A stretch of DNA of 64,000 nucleotides from an uncultured delta proteobacterium. Lineage in GTDB: Bacteria > Myxococcota > Myxococcia > Myxococcales > Myxococcaceae. The translations under genes were made by a program, and so were the position numbers. The notes beneath the pieces were generated by a model that was not told the DNA's origin, made no database searches, and saw nothing but the letters and a program-made list of their open reading frames with translations. Positions 30,506-40,721 of the stretch are shown piece after piece. How positions within the stretch are numbered: the stretch's first letter is position 1; the number at the start of each line of letters is the position of its first letter. Location: NCBI GenBank assembly GCA_963796055.1, contig CAWCKH010000003.1, forward strand, positions 512,001-576,000, given 5' to 3'.

Positions 30506-31684
30506 GGGGGCCCACGCTCTTCCCCCGCCGCTGGCTGGTGGCGCTGGGGGTGGTGGGGTGCCTGTCGCTCGGGGTGGCCGCGGTGCTGGCCCTGGATGCG
30601 CCCGCCCCGCCCGAGGCCCCTCCTCCGCCCGGCGTCGCCAGCCGCGCGGCCAATGGACACGCCGCGTTCCTCGCCTTCGTCCGCGCGCTGGGCATCGCCG
30701 CGCGGGTGGGTCCCTCGGCGGCGCACTCCGAAGGCATCGTCTGGGTGCTCGAGCCCGACCTCGACCCCGAGCGTCCGTCCACCCTGGCGCGGCTGGCCGC
30801 GCGCACCCTGGATGCGGACACCGTGGTGGTGGTGCTGCCGAAGTGGACCGGCGAGGGCGATCCCGGACGCCCGGGATGGCTCGGCCGCGCGCGGCTGCTG
30901 CCCACCCGCGAGGTGGCGGCCGGCCTCACCGCGCTGCACCTCCACGGCGCGGTGGTGCGGCGCGAGGGAACGACCCGGGTCGAGAGCGGCATCGGAGGCG
31001 GAAGCGCGGAGCTGGAGACGGCGCAGCTGGTGACCTCCGAGGACCTCGTCCCGCTGGTCTCGGGGCCCGACGGCATCCTGGTGGGCGAGCGCGAGGAGGA
31101 CGATCAGCATCTGGTGGTGGTGGCCGACCCGGATCTCCTCTCCAACGCCGGCCTGGACCGCGGCGACAACGCGCGGGTGCTGGCCGAGCTGCTCTCGATG
31201 CTCGACGCCGAGGAGGACGGGCTCACCATCGACGAGACCCTCCAGGCCCGTCGGGCCCGCAGCATCCTCGCCGGCCTCCTCCACTTCCCGTCGGTGCTGG
31301 CGGTGCTGCAGCTGCTGGTGGTGCTCGGGCTCGCGGTCTGGGCGGGCACACCGCGCTTCGGGACCCCGCTCCCCGAGCCGGACGACGGGCCGCACGGCGC
31401 GGAGGCGCTCATCGAGAGCGCGGTGACGTTGCAGACGCTCGCCGGCTCGTCGGTGGTCGCGGTGCGGGCGCTGCTCGAGTCGGCGCGGCGTGAGGTGCTG
31501 GAGCGGATGCACAGTCCCCCCAATCTCGATGCCCGCGCCGCCGACGCCTGGCTCGACGCCCGGCGGCGAGGGACCGAGGCCCCGACCAGTGCCGGCCTCC
31601 GGGCCGAGGTACAGGCGGCCACCACTCCACGGGCGGCGCTCGCCGCCGGCCGACGAATCCAGCGCTGGAGAGAGAGGATGCTCG

Positions 31685-31698
<14 letters not shown>
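30502..31698 (+). CDS. DUF4350-like protein
   Basis: N-terminal TM, DPDLLSN..DN, IDE, RFG; directly precedes moxR. Confidence 0.7.
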
Positions 31699-32637
<939 letters not shown>

Positions 32638-32641
<4 letters not shown>

Positions 32642-33936
32642 TCCGTCCCACCCGCAGCGCGCTGGTGGTGGCGGGCGCCGGCGTCCCGCTGGCGCTCCTG
32701 CCGGCTCTGCTGTCTCCCCGGCTGTGGCCGCTGTGGGGGGTGGCGCTGCTCCTCTTCCTGCTCGCCCTCGGGCTCGACGCCCTCCTCGCGCCGCGGGGTC
32801 TCCGGGTCTCGGCGGAGGCCCCGCCGCTGCTCCACGTGGGGCGGACCGAGACCATGGTGCTGGACCTGCTGCTCCCCCGCGGCAGCGCGCTGGAGCTGGT
32901 GGTCGATCTCGATCCGCTGCTCGAGCCGGTGCCGGCGCGCCGACTGCCGCTGGTCAACGGACGGGCCACGGAGCGGGTCCCGCTCCACGCGATGCGTCGA
33001 GGGCCCACCGAGCCGCCGGTGCTCTGGGCGCGGTGGACCGGTCCGCTCGGGCTGATGTTCCGGGAGGAGCGGCGGCCGCTGGAACCGGCGCCGGTGGTGA
33101 CCACGGACACCACCGAGGTCCGCGAGGTGGCGCTCCGCTTCGCCGGCTCGCCGCTGATGCAGCTGGGGGTGAAGCTCGAGCGGCGCCGCGGGGAGGGCTC
33201 GGAGTTCGAGTCGCTGCGCGAGTTCGTCCCCGGGATGGACATCCGCGCGCTGGACTGGAAGTCGTCGGCGCGGCACCGGAAGCTGATGGCCCGGGAGCAC
33301 CGGGCGGAGCGCAACCACCAGCTCATCGTTGCGGTGGACGCAGGCCATGCGATGTCCGTCCCGCTGGCTTCGGTGGCCCGGCTGGACCACGCGGTCCGCG
33401 CGGCGCTGGTGCTGGCCTGGGTGGCGCTCCGCTCCGGGGACCGGGTGGGCGTCTTCGGCTTCGACGCCCGGGTGCGCTGCTGGGCGGAGCCACTGGGCGG
33501 GGGCCGGGCCTTCCCCCGCGCGCAGCAGGCGCTGGCGTCCCTGCCCTACAGCGGCGAGGAGACCAACTACACCCTGGGGATGGCGGAGCTGTCGGCCCGG
33601 GTGCGGCGGCGCTCGCTGGTGGTGCTCTTCACCGACGTCTCGGACAGCACCAGCGCCGAGCTGATGCTGGAGAACCTCGACCGGCTCCGGGCCCGCCATC
33701 TGGTGCTCTTCGTCACCCTCCGCGATCCGCGGCTGGACGCGCTCGCCGGTGCGGTGCCGGCGGCGGTGTCCGATCTGCACCGGTCGGTCATCGCCGGCGA
33801 CCTCCGGAGCGACCGCGAGCTGGTGCTCCGGCGGCTGAGGCGGATGGGCATCCAGGTGCTGGACGCCCGCCCCTCGGACGCCTCGCCGCAGCTCATCGCC
33901 CGCTACCTGGACGTGAAGCGAAGGGAGATGGTGTGA
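32638..33936 (+). CDS. DUF58 (VWA-like) protein
   Basis: [36 protein letters not shown]. Confidence 0.9.
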
Positions 33937-34928
33937 GTGGCGAGCTGCGCATGCCCTCGGTGCGCTTCCGCCAGGAGCGGGAGGCGGGCTGGCGCGCGCT
34001 GGAGGCGCTGGTGGACCGGGTGCAGCGCTCGGGGCTCGGGTCGCTGAGCGCCGAGGAGCTGGGACGGCTCCCGGTGCTCTACCGCGCCGCCCTGTCGTCG
34101 CTGAGCGTGGCCCGGGCCATCGCGCTCGACGCGGCGCTGCTCGCCTACCTCAACGCGCTGGCGGCGCGGGCCCACGTGGTGCTGCACGGCGGGCGCGAGC
34201 CCTTCGCCCCCGCGTTCCGGCGGTTCTGGGCGCGGACCTTCCCGGGCGCAGTGCGCTCGCTCCGCTGGCACACCCTGGTCGCGGTGCTGCTCACCGGGCT
34301 CGGCACCGCCGTCGCCTGGCGGGAGCTGGCGCGGGACCCGGCGCGGTTCTCGGACTTCGTCCCCCCCGGGTACGCCCAGGGGCGCGGGCCCGATGCCAGC
34401 GACGCGGACCTCCGGCAGATCTTGCAGGCCAAGGAGACGCCGCGGTCGGCGCTGATCCACTTCAGCAGCTTCCTCTTCACCCACAACGCCACCATCGGGC
34501 TGGTGTCGCTGGGCCTCGGGTTCGCGGCCGGCGTCCCGACGGCCTACCTGGTGCTGACCAACGGCCTCATCCTCGGCGCGTTCGGCTGGCTCTACGGCTC
34601 GCGCGGGCTGGGCCGGGAGTTCTGGGCCTGGACCTTGCCGCACGGGGTGACGGAGATCTGGGCGCTGCTCCTCTGCGCGGCGGCCGGGCTGCGGCTGGGA
34701 CAGGCGCTGGTGTTCCCCGGGAGGGTCGCGCGCCTGGCGAGCCTCCGCCGGGCCGGGGACACGGCGGGGGTAGTGGCCCTCGGGGCAGTGGCGATGTTCG
34801 GGGTGGCCGGGCTCATCGAAGGCGTCTTCCGCCAGACCGTGGGAGACGCGGCCATCCGCTGGATGGTGGCCGGGGGCACCTTCGCCTTCTGGTCGCTGTA
34901 CTTCTCGCTCGCGGGGCGCGGGCGGTGA
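33933..34928 (+). CDS. SpoIIM-family membrane protein
   Basis: FLFTHN, NGLILG, LPHGVTE, AGLIEG. Confidence 0.88.
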   Translation: MSGELRMPSVRFRQEREAGWRALEALVDRVQRSGLGSLSAEELGRLPVLYRAALSSLSVARAIALDAALLAYLNALAARAHVVLHGGREPFAPAFRRFWARTFPGAVRSLRWHTLVAVLLTGLGTAVAWRELARDPARFSDFVPPGYAQGRGPDASDADLRQILQAKETPRSALIHFSSFLFTHNATIGLVSLGLGFAAGVPTAYLVLTNGLILGAFGWLYGSRGLGREFWAWTLPHGVTEIWALLLCAAAGLRLGQALVFPGRVARLASLRRAGDTAGVVALGAVAMFGVAGLIEGVFRQTVGDAAIRWMVAGGTFAFWSLYFSLAGRGR

Positions 34929-35788
34929 GCGTCCTCTCGTCCATCCGGGGGCTGCAGACACCCGAGGGGGTGCCGATCCAGCTCGAGCTGGCGACCGCGG
35001 GGGACCGGCTGGTGGCGGCGATGGTGGACCTGTCGCTGATGAACGCCCTGGGGTTGGTCCTGGCCATCCTTGCGGTCTTCACCGGCGGGCGGGGGCGGAT
35101 GGAGCTGGCGTCGGCGGTGATGCTGGTGTCGTTCTTCCTGATCCGCTGCTTCTACTTCCCCATCTTCGAGCTGCGCTGGCGGGGCCAGACGCCCGGGAAG
35201 CGGGCGACGAAGATCCGGGTCATCTCCCGCTCGGGCGGACCGCTGACCGCGCGGGCGGTGGTGGCCAGGAACCTCTTGCGCGAGCTGGAGCTGTTCCAGC
35301 CGCTGGGCATCCTCCTCGCGCCGGCCTCGGTGGCAGGTGGGTTCCCGCCGTGGCTGGGGCTGGTGGCGGGGCTGTGGGTGGTGGTCTTCGGCGTGCTGCC
35401 CCTGGCGAACCGCGACCACCTCCGGGCCGGGGACCTGGTGGCGGGGACCCTGGTGGTGCGGGCGCCCCCGATGCTGCTCCTCGACGACCTCGGAGCGGCC
35501 CGGGGCCGGCCGGCGCTCCAGTTCCGGGTGGAGCAGCTCGACATCTACGGGGCCTACGAGCTGCAGACCCTGGAGGCGGTGCTCCGGCTGGGAAACACCC
35601 TGGACAACGCCAGCGCGCTCACCGCGGTGGCCGAGCAGATCCAGCAGCGGATCGGCTGGACGCCGGGCACGGAGCGCATCGGCCCGTACGAGTTCCTGAG
35701 CACCTTCTACGCCGCGCAGCGGGCCCGGCTGGAGCAACGGCTGCTGCTGGGCGAGCGGCGCGAGCGAAAGCGTCCCCGGACCGGCTGA
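34925..35788 (+). CDS. RDD-family protein
   Basis: TPEGV, RLVAAMVD, GQTPGKR, RAGDLVAGT. Confidence 0.9.
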   Translation: MSVLSSIRGLQTPEGVPIQLELATAGDRLVAAMVDLSLMNALGLVLAILAVFTGGRGRMELASAVMLVSFFLIRCFYFPIFELRWRGQTPGKRATKIRVISRSGGPLTARAVVARNLLRELELFQPLGILLAPASVAGGFPPWLGLVAGLWVVVFGVLPLANRDHLRAGDLVAGTLVVRAPPMLLLDDLGAARGRPALQFRVEQLDIYGAYELQTLEAVLRLGNTLDNASALTAVAEQIQQRIGWTPGTERIGPYEFLSTFYAAQRARLEQRLLLGERRERKRPRTG

Positions 35789-35862
35789 TATGCGAGACCG
35801 GCCCACGGGCGCACACAGCCCGGGCGAGCGGGGGCCCGGAGCTCGCGTGATACTCTCCTGGG

Positions 35863-37831
35863 GTGCAGGTGCTGCACGGGCGCTTCGAGCTGATCTCCGT
35901 GGCCGGCGCCGGAGGCGTGGCCACCGTCCACCGCGCCCGTGATCTCGCCACCGGGCAGCTCTGCGCCCTCAAGGTGCTCCATCCCCACCTCCGCGCGGAC
36001 CCCGTGGTGTGTGAGCGCTTCCGCCGCGAGCCCGGGGTGGCCCGGGCGGTGGGGCATCCCTCCATCGTCAGGATGCACGAGCTGCTCGAGGACGAGGACG
36101 CACTCTCGATCTCCATGGAGCTCCTCCAGGGGCGCACCCTCAAGGCGGCGATCCTCGCCGAGGGAGCGCTCAGCGCGGACGAGGTCGAGCGCGTGGCGCG
36201 TGCCTGCCTCGCCGGGCTGGGCGCGGCGCACGCCGCCGGCGTGGTGCACCGCGACTTCAAGCCGCAGAACGTGTTCCTCTGTGACGGCGGCACCGTCAAG
36301 CTGCTCGACTTCGGCTTCGCCCGGACCAACGCTGCCGCCGGCCTCACCACCCGGAGCGTGATGGTGTGCACCCCCGACTACGCGGCCCCCGAGCTCATCG
36401 AGGGTGGGCCGGTGGACGGCCGTGCGGATCTCTACGGCCTGGGGGTGGCGCTGTACGAAGCGCTGTCCGGGCGGCTCCCCTACTCCGGGAGCTCGACCTA
36501 CGAGCTGCTGCGGCGCCAGATCTCGGAGCCGCCCTCGCCACTGGCGTCACTGCGCCCGGATCTCCCGCCTCGGCTGTGTGCGGTGGTGCATCGACTCCTG
36601 GCCAAGGCTCCGGCGGATCGCATGCCCACCGCCGAGGCGGTGCTCGATGCGCTGGACCGCAGCACCGACCTGCCCCGTGCCACAGCGGGTGTCTGCGGCA
36701 CCTGCGGGGAGCCGCGCGACCCCGGATGGGCCATCTGTCCGGCCTGCGGTGGCGAGTCGGCGAACGTGGCCGCGGGCGATTTCCTGGTCTTGCTGACCCG
36801 TGCGCCGGGGCCAGGGGCGATCCCCGCGCTGCGTGAGGTCGTGCGCTCGGTGGGAGCAACGCCCCGCTCGGCGCTGGCGCGCGCCGATCCGGCCATCGCC
36901 CGCGACGTGCCCCGGCTGCTGCTCAAGAACGTGGGCGAGCCGGTGGCGCGGCTGCTGCGCGAGCGCTGTCTGCCTCACGACCTGCAGGTGGAGATCCGCC
37001 GCATCTCCGACGGCACCGCGGATCTCCTGCACCGCGCGAGCGTGCCGCGCTGGCTCTTCCTGCTGGGCCTCATGATCCCCTGGGCGCTGCTGTTCGGCGC
37101 GGGAATCGTCCTCTACGTGCGCCGTGGTGGCGGGGCGACACAGCTGGCTCTCCTGGCCGCGGTGGGGCTGGGGGGGCCCCTTGCCGCGTCCTGGGTCCTG
37201 CGCAACGCCCACCGTCTGGTGCCGGCGCTGGCCACCGTCCCGGTCACCGCGGAGGCGTCCCCGCTTCCCGCCGGACTGGGGGCACGCTACCGCGCCGTGC
37301 TCGCGCAGCTGAAGGATCGCGGGTTGCAGGCGACGGTTCGCCGGCTGGTGGAGCGCACGCTCACCCTCCACCGGTGCTTCCGCGAGGCTCCACCGTCCGT
37401 GCAGATGCTCTTCGACGAGCCAAGGCAGCAGGCCATCGAGCTGACCCTTCGCGCCCTGGACATCGCCGTCGACGTGCAGCGCCGGCTGGAGCGCCTGGCG
37501 GCGGTGGACGAGCCGCGGCTGCTGGCACGACTCGAGGAGCTGCGGCGCCGCGCCGCCGCCGAGACCGAGCAGGCGCTCGCGCTGCAAGAAGCGATCGCCG
37601 GAGTCGAGCAGGCCTGCCGCGAGGCCGGCGACCTCGAGCGGGCCCAGGCCCTGGCCATGAGCCAGCTCCTGCGAATCTCCGCGGCGCTGGAAACGACGGT
37701 GGCACGCCTCGAATCTCGCGACTGCTCCCGGCGACACCGGCGTGTCTCGCGAGCTGCGCCGGCTGCAGGAGGACGTGGGCTTCGCCGCGCGTGCCGCCCG
37801 GGAGATCGCCCGCGAGCGAGGTGCGGCTTGA
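35863..37831 (+). CDS. Ser/Thr kinase with zinc ribbon, TM and coiled coil; probable frameshift near 37710
   Basis: HRDFKPQN, DFG, YAAPE; CGTC..CPAC; natural-looking C-terminus (ELRRLQEDVGFAARAAREIARERGAA*) is in a shifted frame ending at 37831. Confidence 0.75.
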
Positions 37832-38460
37832 CCGCGCGCTCGCTGGGCGCCGACCTGGTGGACCTGGCTCTGGCCGCGGCGATCGCCGCGTTTCCCGCGC
37901 ACGTGCTCGCGGTGGCCTGGGGCAGCGGACCGCTCCCGGGCACCGGCTTCCCCGCGGGCTCCCTGGACGGTCCTTCCCTGGCCGTACGGGCCGTGGTGTT
38001 TCTCCTGGGGACGGCGGCGGTCTTCGCCGTGCTGCGCTTGAGGCTCGAGCGAGATGGGCAGGGTCCTGGCAAGTGGCTCTTCTCGCTGCGGGTGGAGAAT
38101 GGGCAGCTGGTGGAGGACCGGGAGGGACTGGACCTCCTCGAGCGCCTGGGTGTGTTCGTCGGCCGCTTCGGGCGACCGCTGATCCTCGCTCTGGCGTGCA
38201 CCCTGGCCCTGGCGTTGTGGGGCGGAGCCATGGAGCGATCGGCGAGCCAGGCACACCAGGCGCAGCTCCTTCGCCGAGCCTTCATCTACGAGGCGGAGTA
38301 CGGCTGCTGCTCCGGCTACATCGACAAGAGGAACGAGTGCCCACGCATGCTGGAGATCTGGGCAGCGATCGCCGATGGCAGCGACGGGAAAGGGGACGTT
38401 CCGCCCCGCGCGTCGCTCCTCGACCGGTGCCCTGCGGCGCGCAGATACAGCAGGCAGTGA
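37828..38460 (+). CDS. RDD-like membrane protein (read as fused to the kinase in the ORF track)
   Basis: GAGG + TTG overlapping TGA (TTGA); ADLVDLAL, GQGPGKWLFSLRV; Cys-rich C-terminus. Confidence 0.55.
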   Translation: MTARSLGADLVDLALAAAIAAFPAHVLAVAWGSGPLPGTGFPAGSLDGPSLAVRAVVFLLGTAAVFAVLRLRLERDGQGPGKWLFSLRVENGQLVEDREGLDLLERLGVFVGRFGRPLILALACTLALALWGGAMERSASQAHQAQLLRRAFIYEAEYGCCSGYIDKRNECPRMLEIWAAIADGSDGKGDVPPRASLLDRCPAARRYSRQ

Positions 38461-38502
38461 GCCGGCGAGGGGCGGCAGCCGGCCGCACGGGTCGCTTTTC
38501 GC

Positions 38503-39243
38503 TCAGCGGAACACGGCGGTCAGCTGCTCGATGTCGATGCCTTCTTTCTCCGAGCGCAGCTGGTAGTAGATGACGCCGTAGACCACGGCGGTGAAGGAGA
38601 GCACCAGGGCCTGGGGCAGGGTCTGACCGAGCAGCATGGTGACGAAGCTGGTGGGCTGTCCCACGATGGCGCGGGCGACGGCGCCGAGGACACCGCCGGC
38701 AGTGCCCATCAGGAACAGCAGGCCGAACAGCGCCCAGCGGTGGCCCGCGGTGAGCTCGGCGCTGCGGGCCCGCGGGTCGACGCCCTTCTCGGCAATGACC
38801 ACCGGGGCGACCAGTGCCCAGCGAACGGCGAGGATGATGCCGGGGATGACGAGCAGCAGCATCGCCCCGCCGATCAGGATGCCGGTGAAGATGGCGGCGC
38901 CGAGCAGCGGTCCCGCGCGGGAAAGGCCGAAGGAGATCGACGCCGAGGGGCTCGGGCTGCGGCCACGGAGCTGCTCGAGCACCGAGTAGGTCATGAGCCC
39001 GGTGACGACGTAGCTGAGCATCACGCTGACGATGAACCCCAGCAGCCACAGGCCCCAGCCGTTGGCCGAGGTGGGGACGCCGGGCGAAAGCAGGAGCATC
39101 GGCACATAGGCCACGATCGAGACCGCGAAGAAGAACGGCAGGTTCTTCCCCCAGACGGCGACGCTCCGCGAGATGGCCGACCCGATGGAGAAGGTCTCGC
39201 GGGTGGGGATGGCGGGGCTGGGTACGAACTCGGCTGGGCGCAT
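38503..39243 (-). CDS. Integral membrane protein of unknown function
   Basis: Several TM helices; LLLVIPGIILAVRWALVAPVVIAE, RSAELT, YYQLRSEKEG. Confidence 0.8.
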   Translation of the reverse strand: MRPAEFVPSPAIPTRETFSIGSAISRSVAVWGKNLPFFFAVSIVAYVPMLLLSPGVPTSANGWGLWLLGFIVSVMLSYVVTGLMTYSVLEQLRGRSPSPSASISFGLSRAGPLLGAAIFTGILIGGAMLLLVIPGIILAVRWALVAPVVIAEKGVDPRARSAELTAGHRWALFGLLFLMGTAGGVLGAVARAIVGQPTSFVTMLLGQTLPQALVLSFTAVVYGVIYYQLRSEKEGIDIEQLTAVFR

Positions 39244-39295
39244 GGACTGCAACGATGGCCCCCTCTCGGCGAAGCAGGCAAGCAGGCGCGGAAGG

Positions 39296-39880
39296 TCAGC
39301 CCAGATAGGTGATGTGGGCACGGATGAGCTTCAGGGTGCATTCGACGCCGGCCCAGATCTCGGCGTTTGCCTGGAGGAGGTATCCCTGGATCAGCTGTGG
39401 ACCTACCCCGGCGATGTAGCCATGCACGTTGTGCATGGTCAGGTTCGACACCCCGGTGAACTCGATGGCCTGCTCCTGGCCTGGCCCACCGGCAACCACC
39501 TGGGACTGCGAGATGACCTGGTGATTGCTGATGAACTGCCAGAGCAGGTTCTCCACGTCGGCGAGGGTGGTCGGCACCAGCGGCCCGTAGGCGAACGCGA
39601 ACTCGACCAGCGCATCCCCGGTGGCCGAGGAGATGTCGATGCTCGAGGTCGATTCCACCGACCGCCAAGTATCGTCCGGGGCGAAGTAGGCCCAGTGGGC
39701 GCTCTGGTGGTGGACCCAGTTCGCCATTGCCTGCGCATCGGGTTGCGTGCCGCCGCACGCCAGCGGGGTCTGCGCGGTCCCGCCACCGTTGCCGTTGCCG
39801 TTGCCGCCGTTTCCTCCGCCGCACCGGACACCGGCGAGGAGCGCGATGAGGAGAAGTCCCCAGCGAATCGATTTTTCCAT
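39296..39880 (-). CDS. Putative exported lipoprotein
   Basis: GGAGG RBS; MEKSIRWGLLLIALLAGVRC followed by a GN-repeat linker. Confidence 0.7.
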   Translation of the reverse strand: MEKSIRWGLLLIALLAGVRCGGGNGGNGNGNGGGTAQTPLACGGTQPDAQAMANWVHHQSAHWAYFAPDDTWRSVESTSSIDISSATGDALVEFAFAYGPLVPTTLADVENLLWQFISNHQVISQSQVVAGGPGQEQAIEFTGVSNLTMHNVHGYIAGVGPQLIQGYLLQANAEIWAGVECTLKLIRAHITYLG

Positions 39881-40147
39881 GGTGGCGCCCTCCGCGCCGA
39901 CCTTCGGCCCAGGCGTCTCCGTCTTCGGCCAGCCGACGCTCGAGCGAGGAGCGCGCGGCACCTTGGGAGCGGCGACACCTCGGACCGCCGCCTCGGGGGC
40001 CGGCGTACAGGAACTGCGGGGCTTTCGCAACGACTCGCAAGACCGCCCGACCGGTGGCCCTTGCGCGAGCCATCGATGTGCAGGTAGGAACTGCTGCACT
40101 TCCGGAGTGGCCGAGGGGCCACGACGTCTCAAGCCGTCCGTCAGTAC

Positions 40148-40221
<74 letters not shown>

Positions 40222-40640
40222 CACGCTGAAGGGGTCGAGGTCGCTCGGATTTTCACCGCGCGACTTCGGCCCCTTCGGCGTTTCCAGGGCGCGGGTCCCA
40301 TTAGGGTCCCACGCGCCCCGGCGGCAGCCCGCGCGCGGACCGGCTCGGGCTCTGGCATGCCCTCGAACCGGAGACGGTCCACGGAGGCGAGGAGGAAATC
40401 CCGCTCCAGGTGCCCATACGTCGCCGTGGTGAGCTTGGGGTCCTCGTGCCGCAGCACGCGCTGGACGACCGCGAGCGGGACGCCCTCGCGGAGCAGCAGC
40501 GTCGCGGTGGAGTGCCTGAGGTCGTGAAACCTGGTGGTACGAACGTTCGGCTTAGGCCAGAGCTTCATCCGGCACTTCGGGCAGCACCGCTGACGACGGT
40601 CGGCGGCTTCCTCGCGGTAGCAGCAGCCCTTTCGCCGGTG
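40222..40640 (-). pseudogene. Tyrosine integrase C-terminal remnant 1
   Basis: HRRKGCC..CPKCRMKLWPK..RFHDLRHSTATLLL..LRHEDPKLTTATYGH (HxxR, H and Y catalytic residues); N-terminus absent. Confidence 0.9.
40228..40276 (+). terminator. Long hairpin immediately after the tRNA
   Basis: GAAGGGGTCGAGGTCGC pairs with GCGACTTCGGCCCCTTC (two G-U pairs); weak U tract. Confidence 0.55.
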
Positions 40641-40721
40641 TCAATGGGAGAGTCCGATTCCTCGGTCGTGTCTGGCGGTCGGTATCGCGAGGGGACTGCT
40701 CCTTGCCTGAATGCATCGCGC

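Noticed and set aside
39785..39812. (CCGTTG)n short tandem repeat
   Set aside because: Encodes an ordinary Gly-Asn linker
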